From IMG/VR virus record IMGVR_UViG_3300015206_000001, positions 1-57,053 of that record: a stretch of 57,053 nt of DNA. One strand, given 5' to 3'. The notes under the pieces were generated by a model. That model had not been told where the DNA came from. It ran no database searches and was given only the letters and a program-made list of their open reading frames with translations. The stretch's first letter is position 1, and every line of letters starts with the position of its first letter. The position numbers and the translations under genes are program-made. Of the stretch, positions 1-8,051 are shown in pieces. The DNA is from a virus (lineage: Duplodnaviria; Caudoviricetes).

Positions 1-142
1 TGATGGCGTGGCGCAAGCATCCGCCGCCGATCAGATAGGGTGTCGAATTCTGCAACAGCGTCGTCGGCACCAGGCCAGCGAACGGGTTCTGGCCAGATGT
101 GACTGGCTGGGATGACGCAGGCGTCAAACTATTGAAGAAGTT
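1..142 (+). repeat. Terminal direct repeat, left copy (circular overlap)
   Basis: Matches 56912-57053 except at positions 6 and 129. Confidence 0.95.
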
Positions 143-523
143 GTAGCCGAGGTGCGCCGTGACTTCGCCAGTTGCATGCGAGCCGGGAGACGCCACGCCT
201 TGACTGACGAACTCATAGCCCCACTGCGTCTGGATACCCGCGAGCAACTGGCCGGACCACACCTGATAACCGAGGCCGCCCTGCAGGCCGAGATCGTTGG
301 ACGCACTATTGCCAATGCCGGGTAAGGAAACGTTCTGGCTATAGTCGGTCAACGTGAACAGGCCGTAGAGGCCCGAGCAATTGCCCGCCGTACAATTCAG
401 AGGCGCGACAGCAGGCGCCTTCATCGCATAGGCGTTGGTCGGGCTGTTGATGTCCCCCGCAAAGGCGGACGCGAGCATTCCGATCGAGGCAGTCAAGGCA
501 AGCATCATCGTTCGCATTTTCAT
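1..523 (-). CDS. Outer-membrane beta-barrel-like protein, 5' part (continues at 56911-56757; 225 aa in total)
   Basis: Own translation, absent from the ORF track: AGGAGA RBS; MKMRTMMLALTASIGMLASAFAGD signal peptide; YAMKAP motif; amphipathic strands LQGGLGYQVW, WGYEF, HLGYNFF. Joined length is 678 nt. Confidence 0.7.
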   Translation of the reverse strand, partial: MKMRTMMLALTASIGMLASAFAGDINSPTNAYAMKAPAVAPLNCTAGNCSGLYGLFTLTDYSQNVSLPGIGNSASNDLGLQGGLGYQVWSGQLLAGIQTQWGYEFVSQGVASPGSHATGEVTAHLGYNFFNSLTPASSQPVTSGQNPFAGLVPTTLLQNSTPYLIGGGCLRHAI

Positions 524-662
524 ACGTCTTCTCCTGGTTGATATTTTAGGAAGGTGGTCCGAGACAATGACCGGCATCGCGCGCGGCGTTACCTGTCAGG
601 TCATCTTCCAGTTTTAGCGCGGCACTGGAAAAGCCGGGGTGACCGTTCCGGTGATTTAAAAT

Positions 663-890
663 TTACTTCGGCGGAGAAATCAGCGGGCCCGGCGAATTCG
701 ACGAAATCGCCGCCTGCCCGGTCATGATCGTGGTGCCGATAAAGGCGAGAAGATTGCACCAGCTCGTAACGTAGGGCGCCCAGTCGGCCGGGATAATCCC
801 CGTCAACGACACCGTGCCGTGGCCGATGGCCTGCTCGATCGTAACCAGCAAGCCGAGATACATGATGTACTTTGGATCGATGCCTTTCAT
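663..890 (-). CDS. Small membrane protein, holin candidate (75 aa)
   Basis: AAGGAAG RBS before MKGIDP; two hydrophobic segments; lies in the lysis region. Confidence 0.55.
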   Translation of the reverse strand: MKGIDPKYIMYLGLLVTIEQAIGHGTVSLTGIIPADWAPYVTSWCNLLAFIGTTIMTGQAAISSNSPGPLISPPK

Positions 891-906
891 AGTGATGCTT
901 CCTTTT

Positions 907-1383
907 CTAGTGGTCGATTTCAACGTGGGTTGAGAGAACGAGAAGAAGATCGCGCGGAGAGATCAGATGCGCCGGCACCGCCAGCGGCCACTGGAAGAAA
1001 CCACTTTTGCGAAGCGCCAGCGTCATCGCTGCAGAGCAGATCGAATGGCCGAAATCGTGGAAATCGACCGGCAGCACATAATCGAGGATTGACCGGATGT
1101 CATAAGGCTGACCGATCAGCGAACCGACGTAGGCATAGAAAATCGCGGCTTGCGTCTCGGTCGACTGCAGATCGATGAACAGCTCATGCGCAAGGTACGA
1201 TTTGTCGTAGCCGGGATCCCTGACTAGCATTCCACCCTCGGCGTGCTGGCCCGCGTACTTGCCCTCCGGCGTGACGCATTCGACGTGAGACGGCGTGAAC
1301 GGCATGCAAATCTGCGATCGCAGGATGATCGCGAGCGAAATGTCGTCCTTGCCGGCAACGAAGCGGAGACGGAGCACGCTCAC
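907..1383 (-). CDS. Permuted papain-like NlpC/P60 (YiiX/YaeF-type) amidase-like protein
   Basis: His before Cys: SHV...GQPYD...ICSA. GTG start overlaps the upstream stop (GTGA). Confidence 0.7.
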   Translation of the reverse strand: MSVLRLRFVAGKDDISLAIILRSQICMPFTPSHVECVTPEGKYAGQHAEGGMLVRDPGYDKSYLAHELFIDLQSTETQAAIFYAYVGSLIGQPYDIRSILDYVLPVDFHDFGHSICSAAMTLALRKSGFFQWPLAVPAHLISPRDLLLVLSTHVEIDH

Positions 1384-1544
1384 GACATCCGCCACGATAT
1401 GAGCTTGTAGACGTCCAGGATCATCACAATCCCAAAGAACTCGAGATAGAGAGCGAAGACGATCACGGGGATGAGAGGCAGAAGCGCGAGCAGCAGATAG
1501 CCGCCGCCGTGCGCATCGGCCAATTTTGTAAGCCTGTCGCTCAT
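1380..1544 (-). CDS. Small membrane protein (54 aa)
   Basis: Own translation MSDRLTKLADAHGGGYLLLALLPLIPVIVFALYLEFFGIVMILDVYKLISWRMS; fills the operon gap. Confidence 0.6.
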   Translation of the reverse strand: MSDRLTKLADAHGGGYLLLALLPLIPVIVFALYLEFFGIVMILDVYKLISWRMS

Positions 1545-1549
1545 GAACT

Positions 1550-1765
1550 TTATTCCCCTTCGAGATCGGGATTGTCGGCGATCGCCTTCATGGCCATGCC
1601 GTAAGCCTCGATATTGTTGGCCAACACCCTGCGAAACTTGGCGTCGGCGGCTGGACGATCAGGACGATCCAGCGCCAGGTTGAAGATCAGGACGTTGGTG
1701 TATTCCTGCGTCAGCGAGTTGGCGAAGGCGTCGTCGACCGCCTTCCGTGCATCGGCGCGTTTCAC
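1550..1765 (-). CDS. Hypothetical protein
   Basis: Operon-packed ORF. Confidence 0.65.
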   Translation of the reverse strand: MKRADARKAVDDAFANSLTQEYTNVLIFNLALDRPDRPAADAKFRRVLANNIEAYGMAMKAIADNPDLEGE

Positions 1766-1768
1766 GGC

Positions 1769-1999
1769 TCAACCGTTGACAATGAAGAACATCGCCGCCT
1801 CGAGCAGCGACGGCACAAGCAGGCAAATCCAGCCGAACAGCCAGCGGCCGCGGCGCTGCCACAACAGCGCCAGCATCACGCCGACGTAGATGTGCGCGGC
1901 TGCGATGAAGACCATCGGCCAGGAATGGCCGACCGTCGGCACGTAAAGCCGGACAACAGTGAACGCGGCCGCGATCAGCAGCAAAAGCAGATTTTGCAT
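1769..1999 (-). CDS. Three-TM membrane protein, holin candidate
   Basis: GAGGA RBS before MQNLLLLL; three hydrophobic helices; directly downstream of the endolysin. Confidence 0.6.
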   Translation of the reverse strand: MQNLLLLLIAAAFTVVRLYVPTVGHSWPMVFIAAAHIYVGVMLALLWQRRGRWLFGWICLLVPSLLEAAMFFIVNG

Positions 2000-2040
2000 G
2001 ACGTCCTCGTAGGGTTTAGGGAAATAGATTCGCGAGCCGG

Positions 2041-2718
2041 TTACGCAACACCGAGCATGTGTTTCCACATCTTGATCGAGGCCTCGCGCTGTGCGAGCCC
2101 GATCAGGCCGCCGTTGAGATGGCGCGTTTCGTTGACCTCATCGTCGCGCGCAGCCCAGGTCAGGCATTTGCAGATCGCGACGAAGTCGACGAGGCCGCAG
2201 GCGAGGAAATATCGGTTGTCGTTGATGAGCTCCGGATGGTTGAGCAGATCGAGCTTCATCGCTTCGCCGAGGATCCCGTAGGCATCCCGGCCTGTCGTCT
2301 GCGCCGGTCCCCTCCCCCGGTAGTTCCAGCCGTCATTGGTGCCGGGCCGGTTGCCCATCCGGCCGTTATAAGCTTGGTTCGCAATCATCACCGGCTGGTG
2401 CTGCATTTCCAGCGCCTGCTCAAGCGTGAAGTGCAGCGGCCACTGCGCGTGCAGCTGCGCCGCGCGGTAGTTCAGGTTCTCTTCGACCTCGAAACCGCCG
2501 CCGCATTCTTCGGTGAACTCGCCCATCATGTTGGCGATTTCCAACTCGGTGCCGACGCCGGACTTGGAGAACAGCGCCGGCGCCTGCTCGATCATGGCTT
2601 CCGCAAGACCCTTGATGTGCATGTCGGCATGCGGCCACAGCTTGCGCAGTGCCGGACCAAATTTCGGCAACGCGGTAGCGGCCGCGGAAGCGGCCGCGGA
2701 AGCGGTTGGGTCGGTCAT
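2041..2718 (-). CDS. Glycoside hydrolase family 19 endolysin
   Basis: EECGG..EENLNY, GRMGN, DGWNYRGRG..QTTGR, LLNHPEL and NGGLIGL motifs. Confidence 0.9.
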   Translation of the reverse strand: MTDPTASAAASAAATALPKFGPALRKLWPHADMHIKGLAEAMIEQAPALFSKSGVGTELEIANMMGEFTEECGGGFEVEENLNYRAAQLHAQWPLHFTLEQALEMQHQPVMIANQAYNGRMGNRPGTNDGWNYRGRGPAQTTGRDAYGILGEAMKLDLLNHPELINDNRYFLACGLVDFVAICKCLTWAARDDEVNETRHLNGGLIGLAQREASIKMWKHMLGVA

Positions 2719-2742
2719 GGGATGTCTCCGAACGATTATTTT

Positions 2743-3093
2743 TTAGGAGGCGAACAGGCTTCGCTGCACCTCGATGGTGCCGGTCCACATCGTGTCGACG
2801 TCGGATGATGACGTCGTGGCGCGCATCTGATCGTTATAGCGGCCAACCGGGAGAGCCCCGGATTGGGCCGAAGTCACCGCGATCAAACAGAGGCCGCCCG
2901 GCGCATCGATGATGCTGATGCCGTTTCCAATCGTCAGATCGAAAATCACATTGCCGGCGCAGTCAACCATCTTCCATTCCAGTGCCGCGGTGGTCAGGTC
3001 GAAGGCGCTGCCGTCGGCATTATAAAGCGTGCCCGCAATCTTCCAGGTGTCGCCACGATAAAAAGCAGCCGGCGGATGCAGCGAGGCCGTCAT
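2743..3093 (-). CDS. BppU N-terminal-like virion adaptor protein
   Basis: RGDTW...DGSAFDLT pattern; all-beta; next to fibre genes. Confidence 0.55.
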   Translation of the reverse strand: MTASLHPPAAFYRGDTWKIAGTLYNADGSAFDLTTAALEWKMVDCAGNVIFDLTIGNGISIIDAPGGLCLIAVTSAQSGALPVGRYNDQMRATTSSSDVDTMWTGTIEVQRSLFAS

Positions 3094-3114
3094 TCACATC
3101 TCCCCGAAATTCTT

Positions 3115-5196
3115 TCAGGCGCGACCCCTGAAAGAGGCCTCGCGCGCAGCACCCACAAAATTACCCTGCCGCACCACACCGGTAAAAAAGATCGCGTCGG
3201 TCAGATCCATACTGATCAACACCGTCAGGATACCAGCCGATATCTGCGCGGATGCTCCGGAAAGACCCACGTTGCCCGGCGTGACGGGCGAGATGAATCC
3301 AGCGAGCGCCGCAATCGATGCGCCCGACAGCGCGATTGTGACCCCTTCCCCGAATCCGCCGGCATTCACCTGGACGCCGATGCCGGGCAGAACGATCGAA
3401 CTTTGAAGCGCGAGGCCGCCGGCCGCGATCGTGGCGGGCGCGCCTGGCAGATGGACTGCCTCGGAGCGGGCAAAGTTGCCGGGGTTGGCATTGGCGGCCG
3501 CGCCCGCGAGAGCCAATGCCAGTCCGCTGAAAGCGGTAATGGAGCCGGCCGCAGCGCTTGCCGAGACACCTGTCAGCGCCGCGGTCGCAGCGTCCGCGAA
3601 CGATCCTACCCCACTCGATGCCGCGGCGCCCACAAGCGAAACATTGCCGCCGCTGCTGGTCGACGGCGAGAGCGTTCCGGCGGCGCTGGCGAGTGACGCG
3701 CCGCTCAGCGCCTTTGCGATCGCCTCAGCAAGTGTACCGGCAGCGCTCGATGCCGCAGCACCTGGCAGCGCAACGCTGTCGGTCTCGGAGAAGGAGCCGG
3801 CCGAGCCAGACACTCCGGCGCCGGAAAGTGCCTTGACGATGGCGTCGACGAAGATGCCGCTTGCCATATTCGCCCCTGCGCCCGGAAGCGCGAGGCCATC
3901 CGCCTCGGAGAAGACGCCCGCTGCGATGGACGCCGAGACTCCACTGAGACCTAGCACCAGGGCGTCGGCCAGCGTTCCAGCCGAAGCCGCCACGCCGGCG
4001 CCGGTTAGAACCGTTGCGATCGCATCCGCCAAGGTGCCGGCCGAAGCTGAAACTCCCGCGCCCGACAGATTGACGTTATCGTTGCTGCCCGTGGTAACCG
4101 TGAATGCGCCGGCGGCCGAAACGAGACCAGTGCCGCCACTCGCCAGGATGACGACGGTATCGTCTACCCCGGCAGCTGCTGCGGTCATGCCCGCGCCGAC
4201 CAGAGCGTCGCTGATCGCTTTCGCCAGAGATCCCGCCGAGATGGACGCGCCCGCGCCTGGTAGTGTCACGCTGGCATTGTTGCCGGCGCTTAGCGTTCCC
4301 GCCGCCGACGTCGCGCCGGCGCCAGGTAATACCTTGGCCTCGGCGATCGCGAGCGATCCCGCGGCGCTTGAAAGCCCAATTCCAAACAGAGCGACGGTTC
4401 CGGGCGTTCCCAGCGCCCCGGCCGACGATGATATGCCGGCGCCGGTCAGCGCCTTCGCAACCGTATCGCCGAATGAACCTGCCGCGCTGGTGACGCCAGC
4501 GCCGGTCAGGTTGACGTTGGTTCCACCGCTCGCCGCCTTAAGCGCTAAGACAAGAGCGTCAGCAACACCGGCGACACTCTGCGTCCAAGTTCCCGCGACT
4601 GAGCCTGCGGTGGATTGAATCTTGTATTGATGACCGAATGGAAACGTGCCGCTCGACGGATTGATGTCGAGCGCCGTAAATCCGGTGCCTTGCGTGAATG
4701 GCGCGCCGCTGACGTTCTCGTCGTAAAACGCCGAATATATCAGATCGCCGTTGGTAGTCGTCGTGATACTACCGGACGTGACCGCGTCCGTGCTTGTGCT
4801 GCCACCGGTAACCTGGCTGGTTGAGCCATCAATCGCTGACGTCGTCGCGACGCCGGAAAACTCGGCAATTGCGATAGCTCGAAATGCAATGCTGCCGCTC
4901 CCACTGAAGTTAGCGGTAACTGTCGTCGGCCCGTTAGTAATGTTTTCAAGATGAAACAACGCCACAAATTGTGTGGCACCAGAGTCAAACAGCTTGGCGA
5001 CGACGTTGTAAAGGTTTCCCTTGTTATCGGTTACATTGGTAAGATCATCGACACCGCCGCCGCCTTCAGCATACGTCAGCGTCCCGGCAACGGCACCGCC
5101 CGATGTGACGGCAGAGCCAAACGGGACTGCTACAGTACTTCCACCTACGTTTTCGCCGTCTGCGCTAATCGCATGTTGAACAAGTGCAATACTCAT
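3115..5196 (-). CDS. Ala/Gly-rich repeat fibre-like virion protein (693 aa)
   Basis: About 220-aa N-terminal beta domain, then about 20 repeats of ~20 aa (LxGAGxSxxAGxL). Confidence 0.7.
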   Translation of the reverse strand: MSIALVQHAISADGENVGGSTVAVPFGSAVTSGGAVAGTLTYAEGGGGVDDLTNVTDNKGNLYNVVAKLFDSGATQFVALFHLENITNGPTTVTANFSGSGSIAFRAIAIAEFSGVATTSAIDGSTSQVTGGSTSTDAVTSGSITTTTNGDLIYSAFYDENVSGAPFTQGTGFTALDINPSSGTFPFGHQYKIQSTAGSVAGTWTQSVAGVADALVLALKAASGGTNVNLTGAGVTSAAGSFGDTVAKALTGAGISSSAGALGTPGTVALFGIGLSSAAGSLAIAEAKVLPGAGATSAAGTLSAGNNASVTLPGAGASISAGSLAKAISDALVGAGMTAAAAGVDDTVVILASGGTGLVSAAGAFTVTTGSNDNVNLSGAGVSASAGTLADAIATVLTGAGVAASAGTLADALVLGLSGVSASIAAGVFSEADGLALPGAGANMASGIFVDAIVKALSGAGVSGSAGSFSETDSVALPGAAASSAAGTLAEAIAKALSGASLASAAGTLSPSTSSGGNVSLVGAAASSGVGSFADAATAALTGVSASAAAGSITAFSGLALALAGAAANANPGNFARSEAVHLPGAPATIAAGGLALQSSIVLPGIGVQVNAGGFGEGVTIALSGASIAALAGFISPVTPGNVGLSGASAQISAGILTVLISMDLTDAIFFTGVVRQGNFVGAAREASFRGRA

Positions 5197-6569
5197 GTGC
5201 CCGGCGTCCTAAACGCAGCCGCAGCGCTGTCAATCACCAAAACCCAATCGTTCGAATCCGGGGACGTGAAGTTATGCGTCCCTGTGTTGGCGATATTTCC
5301 GATCGCCGTTACCGCTCCCGTCATTGGATTGAACCAATTGCAATTCGCAAAGCCGCTGGCATCCGTGATCTTGGTCATATCGATAGTCACCGTCTGGTTA
5401 GACGGCAAATAGGCGATGATCGTCTGACCATCATTCGTGCGCGCGCATACCGAGCCGTTGGTCGATCCGGTCGTCATCACGGCATTCGAGATGTCGGGGA
5501 CGAGAAGATTATGCCGCCGAGAGCGAAACAGTTTCCCCATCCGTTGCAGATCGGTCGATCCTTGCGACGAGAGTTGTCCCTGCCATGGCGACAGGGTGGC
5601 CGTGGCCGTGTCCTGTGAATTAGCCGAACCAAAGGGCCAGATTGCGGCGTTGCCGAACATATAGCCAAGCGTGCAGCCGCCAAGGATCGAATTATAAGCC
5701 TCTCCCCTTAGCTGCGCAGCGGTGACAGAATCTCCCTCGTAATCTGTCTCCCCCATGAAGCACGGGAAACCTTCGGGGTAACAGCGCTGTGCACCTGCAA
5801 GCACGGCGGCCTGATGCTGATAAACCCAATTCACGCTTAGCCATGACGGCACAGAGCCCAAACCCGCCGTCAATCCCTCGGAGCTTGAATACCCTCCATT
5901 TGGCGCGGCGCCGATCACATCGCTGAACCTACACGCTTCCAGCATGAACAAATGATTGCCAGTGTCTGCGGATTTCAGCGCCGTCGCAAATATGTTGATT
6001 TGAGAATAGAGCCCCGAAATGTTCGGGTCGGCGTCACCGCCGATCAGCCAAATAAGATTTGGAAATCCGCCGTAACGAGCCCCAAGAAAATTTGCATAGC
6101 CCTGCAAGGTTGCCGTGCTAGCGGCTTGCACGGAAGTTAGATAACCGCTGGTCCCGTTGAGACCAACAAACATGGGATTGAACACAACGGTCATTCCCCA
6201 CGCAAGGCATCGCTGCATCACATGATCGACGTAATTCCAGTAGGCCGTCTGCGACGACATGCCGAGAAAGTCGCCGCCGCTGAAAGGCGCGTCGCCATTG
6301 GCGTTGTTCGGCGGACTGGAGGAATAGATGTTATCGACCGGATACCACCAGATGATGTTGATGCCTCGCGAAGCCCGGTCCGATAGGTACTGTTCGACCT
6401 GGGCGGCAACGAGCTGCACCACCATGCCTTGTGGCGCATCGCCTAACCCAAAACACGGATTGCCGTTCTGATCTTCGAAATATTTCTTCGTCGCGTCAAG
6501 CCCGACGGGAAAGAGGCGCGCCGTGGGATCGCGCGCTCCGCTCGACGCACTTTTAACTCCGAACGACAC
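5193..6569 (-). CDS. DUF4038 (GH140 apiosidase-like) glycoside hydrolase with putative collagen-binding C-terminal domain
   Basis: FEDQNGNP..LGD, YLSDRASRGIN, GARYGGFPNLIWLIGGD, GETDYEG; C-terminal WFNPMTG...DWVLVI. Confidence 0.75.
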   Translation of the reverse strand: MSFGVKSASSGARDPTARLFPVGLDATKKYFEDQNGNPCFGLGDAPQGMVVQLVAAQVEQYLSDRASRGINIIWWYPVDNIYSSSPPNNANGDAPFSGGDFLGMSSQTAYWNYVDHVMQRCLAWGMTVVFNPMFVGLNGTSGYLTSVQAASTATLQGYANFLGARYGGFPNLIWLIGGDADPNISGLYSQINIFATALKSADTGNHLFMLEACRFSDVIGAAPNGGYSSSEGLTAGLGSVPSWLSVNWVYQHQAAVLAGAQRCYPEGFPCFMGETDYEGDSVTAAQLRGEAYNSILGGCTLGYMFGNAAIWPFGSANSQDTATATLSPWQGQLSSQGSTDLQRMGKLFRSRRHNLLVPDISNAVMTTGSTNGSVCARTNDGQTIIAYLPSNQTVTIDMTKITDASGFANCNWFNPMTGAVTAIGNIANTGTHNFTSPDSNDWVLVIDSAAAAFRTPGT

Positions 6570-6591
6570 GAACTGTACCTCACCGATCCGA

Positions 6592-7437
6592 TCAGTTGAT
6601 GCGGATCAAGCCCGTGGTGCCATCCTGCGTCGGCGGGGTCAGCGTCAGCGTGCCGGCCGTGACCGACTGCGTACCGCCGAGGTCGTGCACTGAAACCACG
6701 CGGTTGATGGCGCTGCCGGAGGCATTCGGGGTGATGCCGTTGGCCGCTGCACCAAGACGCACGGTCTTGTTGTAGATGACGAAGTCGACAACGGAGATCG
6801 TGGCGCCGGTCCACTGGATGGTGTTGGTGAAGGATACCGCCGCCGACGTTGTCGGGTTGGTCGCAACCGGGCTCGCGTTCGTCAGCGCCAGGCCGCCGGA
6901 GGTGTAGCCGGTGCCGGTGACTTCGTCGGTGCCGACGTTGGTCGTGCTTGGCGTGCCGGTGCCAGGCGTGCCGACGTTTTTCAAGGTGGTGTCATAGGTT
7001 CCAGAAGGCGATGCCGACTTGATCAGCAGCCCCATGAACGAGTCGCCGGTAAACGTGACCGTGGTGTTGACGGTGCCGGTATGTGCTTTGGAAACCGTGA
7101 CCTGGGTTTGGGAATCGATCGAGGCAACGATCGCGCCCGCGGCGATGTTGGTGCCCGATACCGGCATGCCGAGGGCAATGCCAGCGACCGACGATACGGT
7201 CAGCGGGAACGCACCCGACGTGCCGGTCGTCGAAGCCAGCGCGAGAGTCACCAGGAAGTTGTGGCCGGATTCGAAAATTTCCGACTTGAATGTCGTCGCG
7301 ATAGCGGTCGTCCCCGCAATGCTGAACAGAACAATGTGCGACGAGTCCAAAACACTGACGTCGAAGCCCAGGACCGCGATCGCTGCGATCAAGGTCAGTA
7401 CCACCATGCACGCAGCAAGATTGCCATATTTCTTCAT
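6592..7437 (-). CDS. Conserved phage structural protein with hydrophobic N-terminal leader
   Basis: TTA..TTFK..HNF, EVTGTGYTSGG, IYNKT, VSVHDLGGTQSVTAGT motifs; AAGGA RBS. Confidence 0.65.
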   Translation of the reverse strand: MKKYGNLAACMVVLTLIAAIAVLGFDVSVLDSSHIVLFSIAGTTAIATTFKSEIFESGHNFLVTLALASTTGTSGAFPLTVSSVAGIALGMPVSGTNIAAGAIVASIDSQTQVTVSKAHTGTVNTTVTFTGDSFMGLLIKSASPSGTYDTTLKNVGTPGTGTPSTTNVGTDEVTGTGYTSGGLALTNASPVATNPTTSAAVSFTNTIQWTGATISVVDFVIYNKTVRLGAAANGITPNASGSAINRVVSVHDLGGTQSVTAGTLTLTPPTQDGTTGLIRIN

Positions 7438-7492
7438 GACTTTATTCCTTGAGAAAGATTGAAGGGGGAACTCTGACCGTGCGCTTCGGACA

Positions 7493-7993
7493 TCAGGAGG
7501 CGGCGATCCATGCCTTGACGTGCTCGCTGTCGGGATCGTGCTTGTCGGAGGGTTTCAGATCTGTGCCGTGGCCGATCTTGCCCCAGCGCGCGAACCAGTC
7601 GCGATGCATATGGTGGCCGATCTTCAGCCACTTTTCGACCGAGGCGTTGACGTAGCTCTCGATCTGAGCTGCCGTGAACCAGGAGGCAAAGGGCGAGGCT
7701 CCGATCGCGAGAATGATCTCGTGCTGCGCTTCGTTGAGGATCTCCGGATTGGCCACCTGCTCGGACGACAGGTGCGCGGTGCCATTGGCTTCGATCTCGC
7801 CATGCTCGAAGTCGGCGAGCTTGGCGAAGAACGCCTCCATGATCTCGGCGAGCTTGTTCTCGAGCTTGCGCCCGTCCATCGCCTGCTGGCTGGATGCATT
7901 GGCGCCGATATTGACGATGTCGGTCGCAACCGCGACCGCCAGCTTCTCGTTGGAATGCTTGCCGTGATTGGTGATCAAGACGCCGAGTTGCAT
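7493..7993 (-). CDS. Hypothetical protein
   Basis: AAGGAGA RBS; lies in the late operon. Confidence 0.75.
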   Translation of the reverse strand: MQLGVLITNHGKHSNEKLAVAVATDIVNIGANASSQQAMDGRKLENKLAEIMEAFFAKLADFEHGEIEANGTAHLSSEQVANPEILNEAQHEIILAIGASPFASWFTAAQIESYVNASVEKWLKIGHHMHRDWFARWGKIGHGTDLKPSDKHDPDSEHVKAWIAAS

Positions 7994-8051
7994 GACGAAA
8001 ATCTCCTTGGTTTGAGGATTTTTTAAAAAGGGGGAAAGGTTGCGCGCTGGA

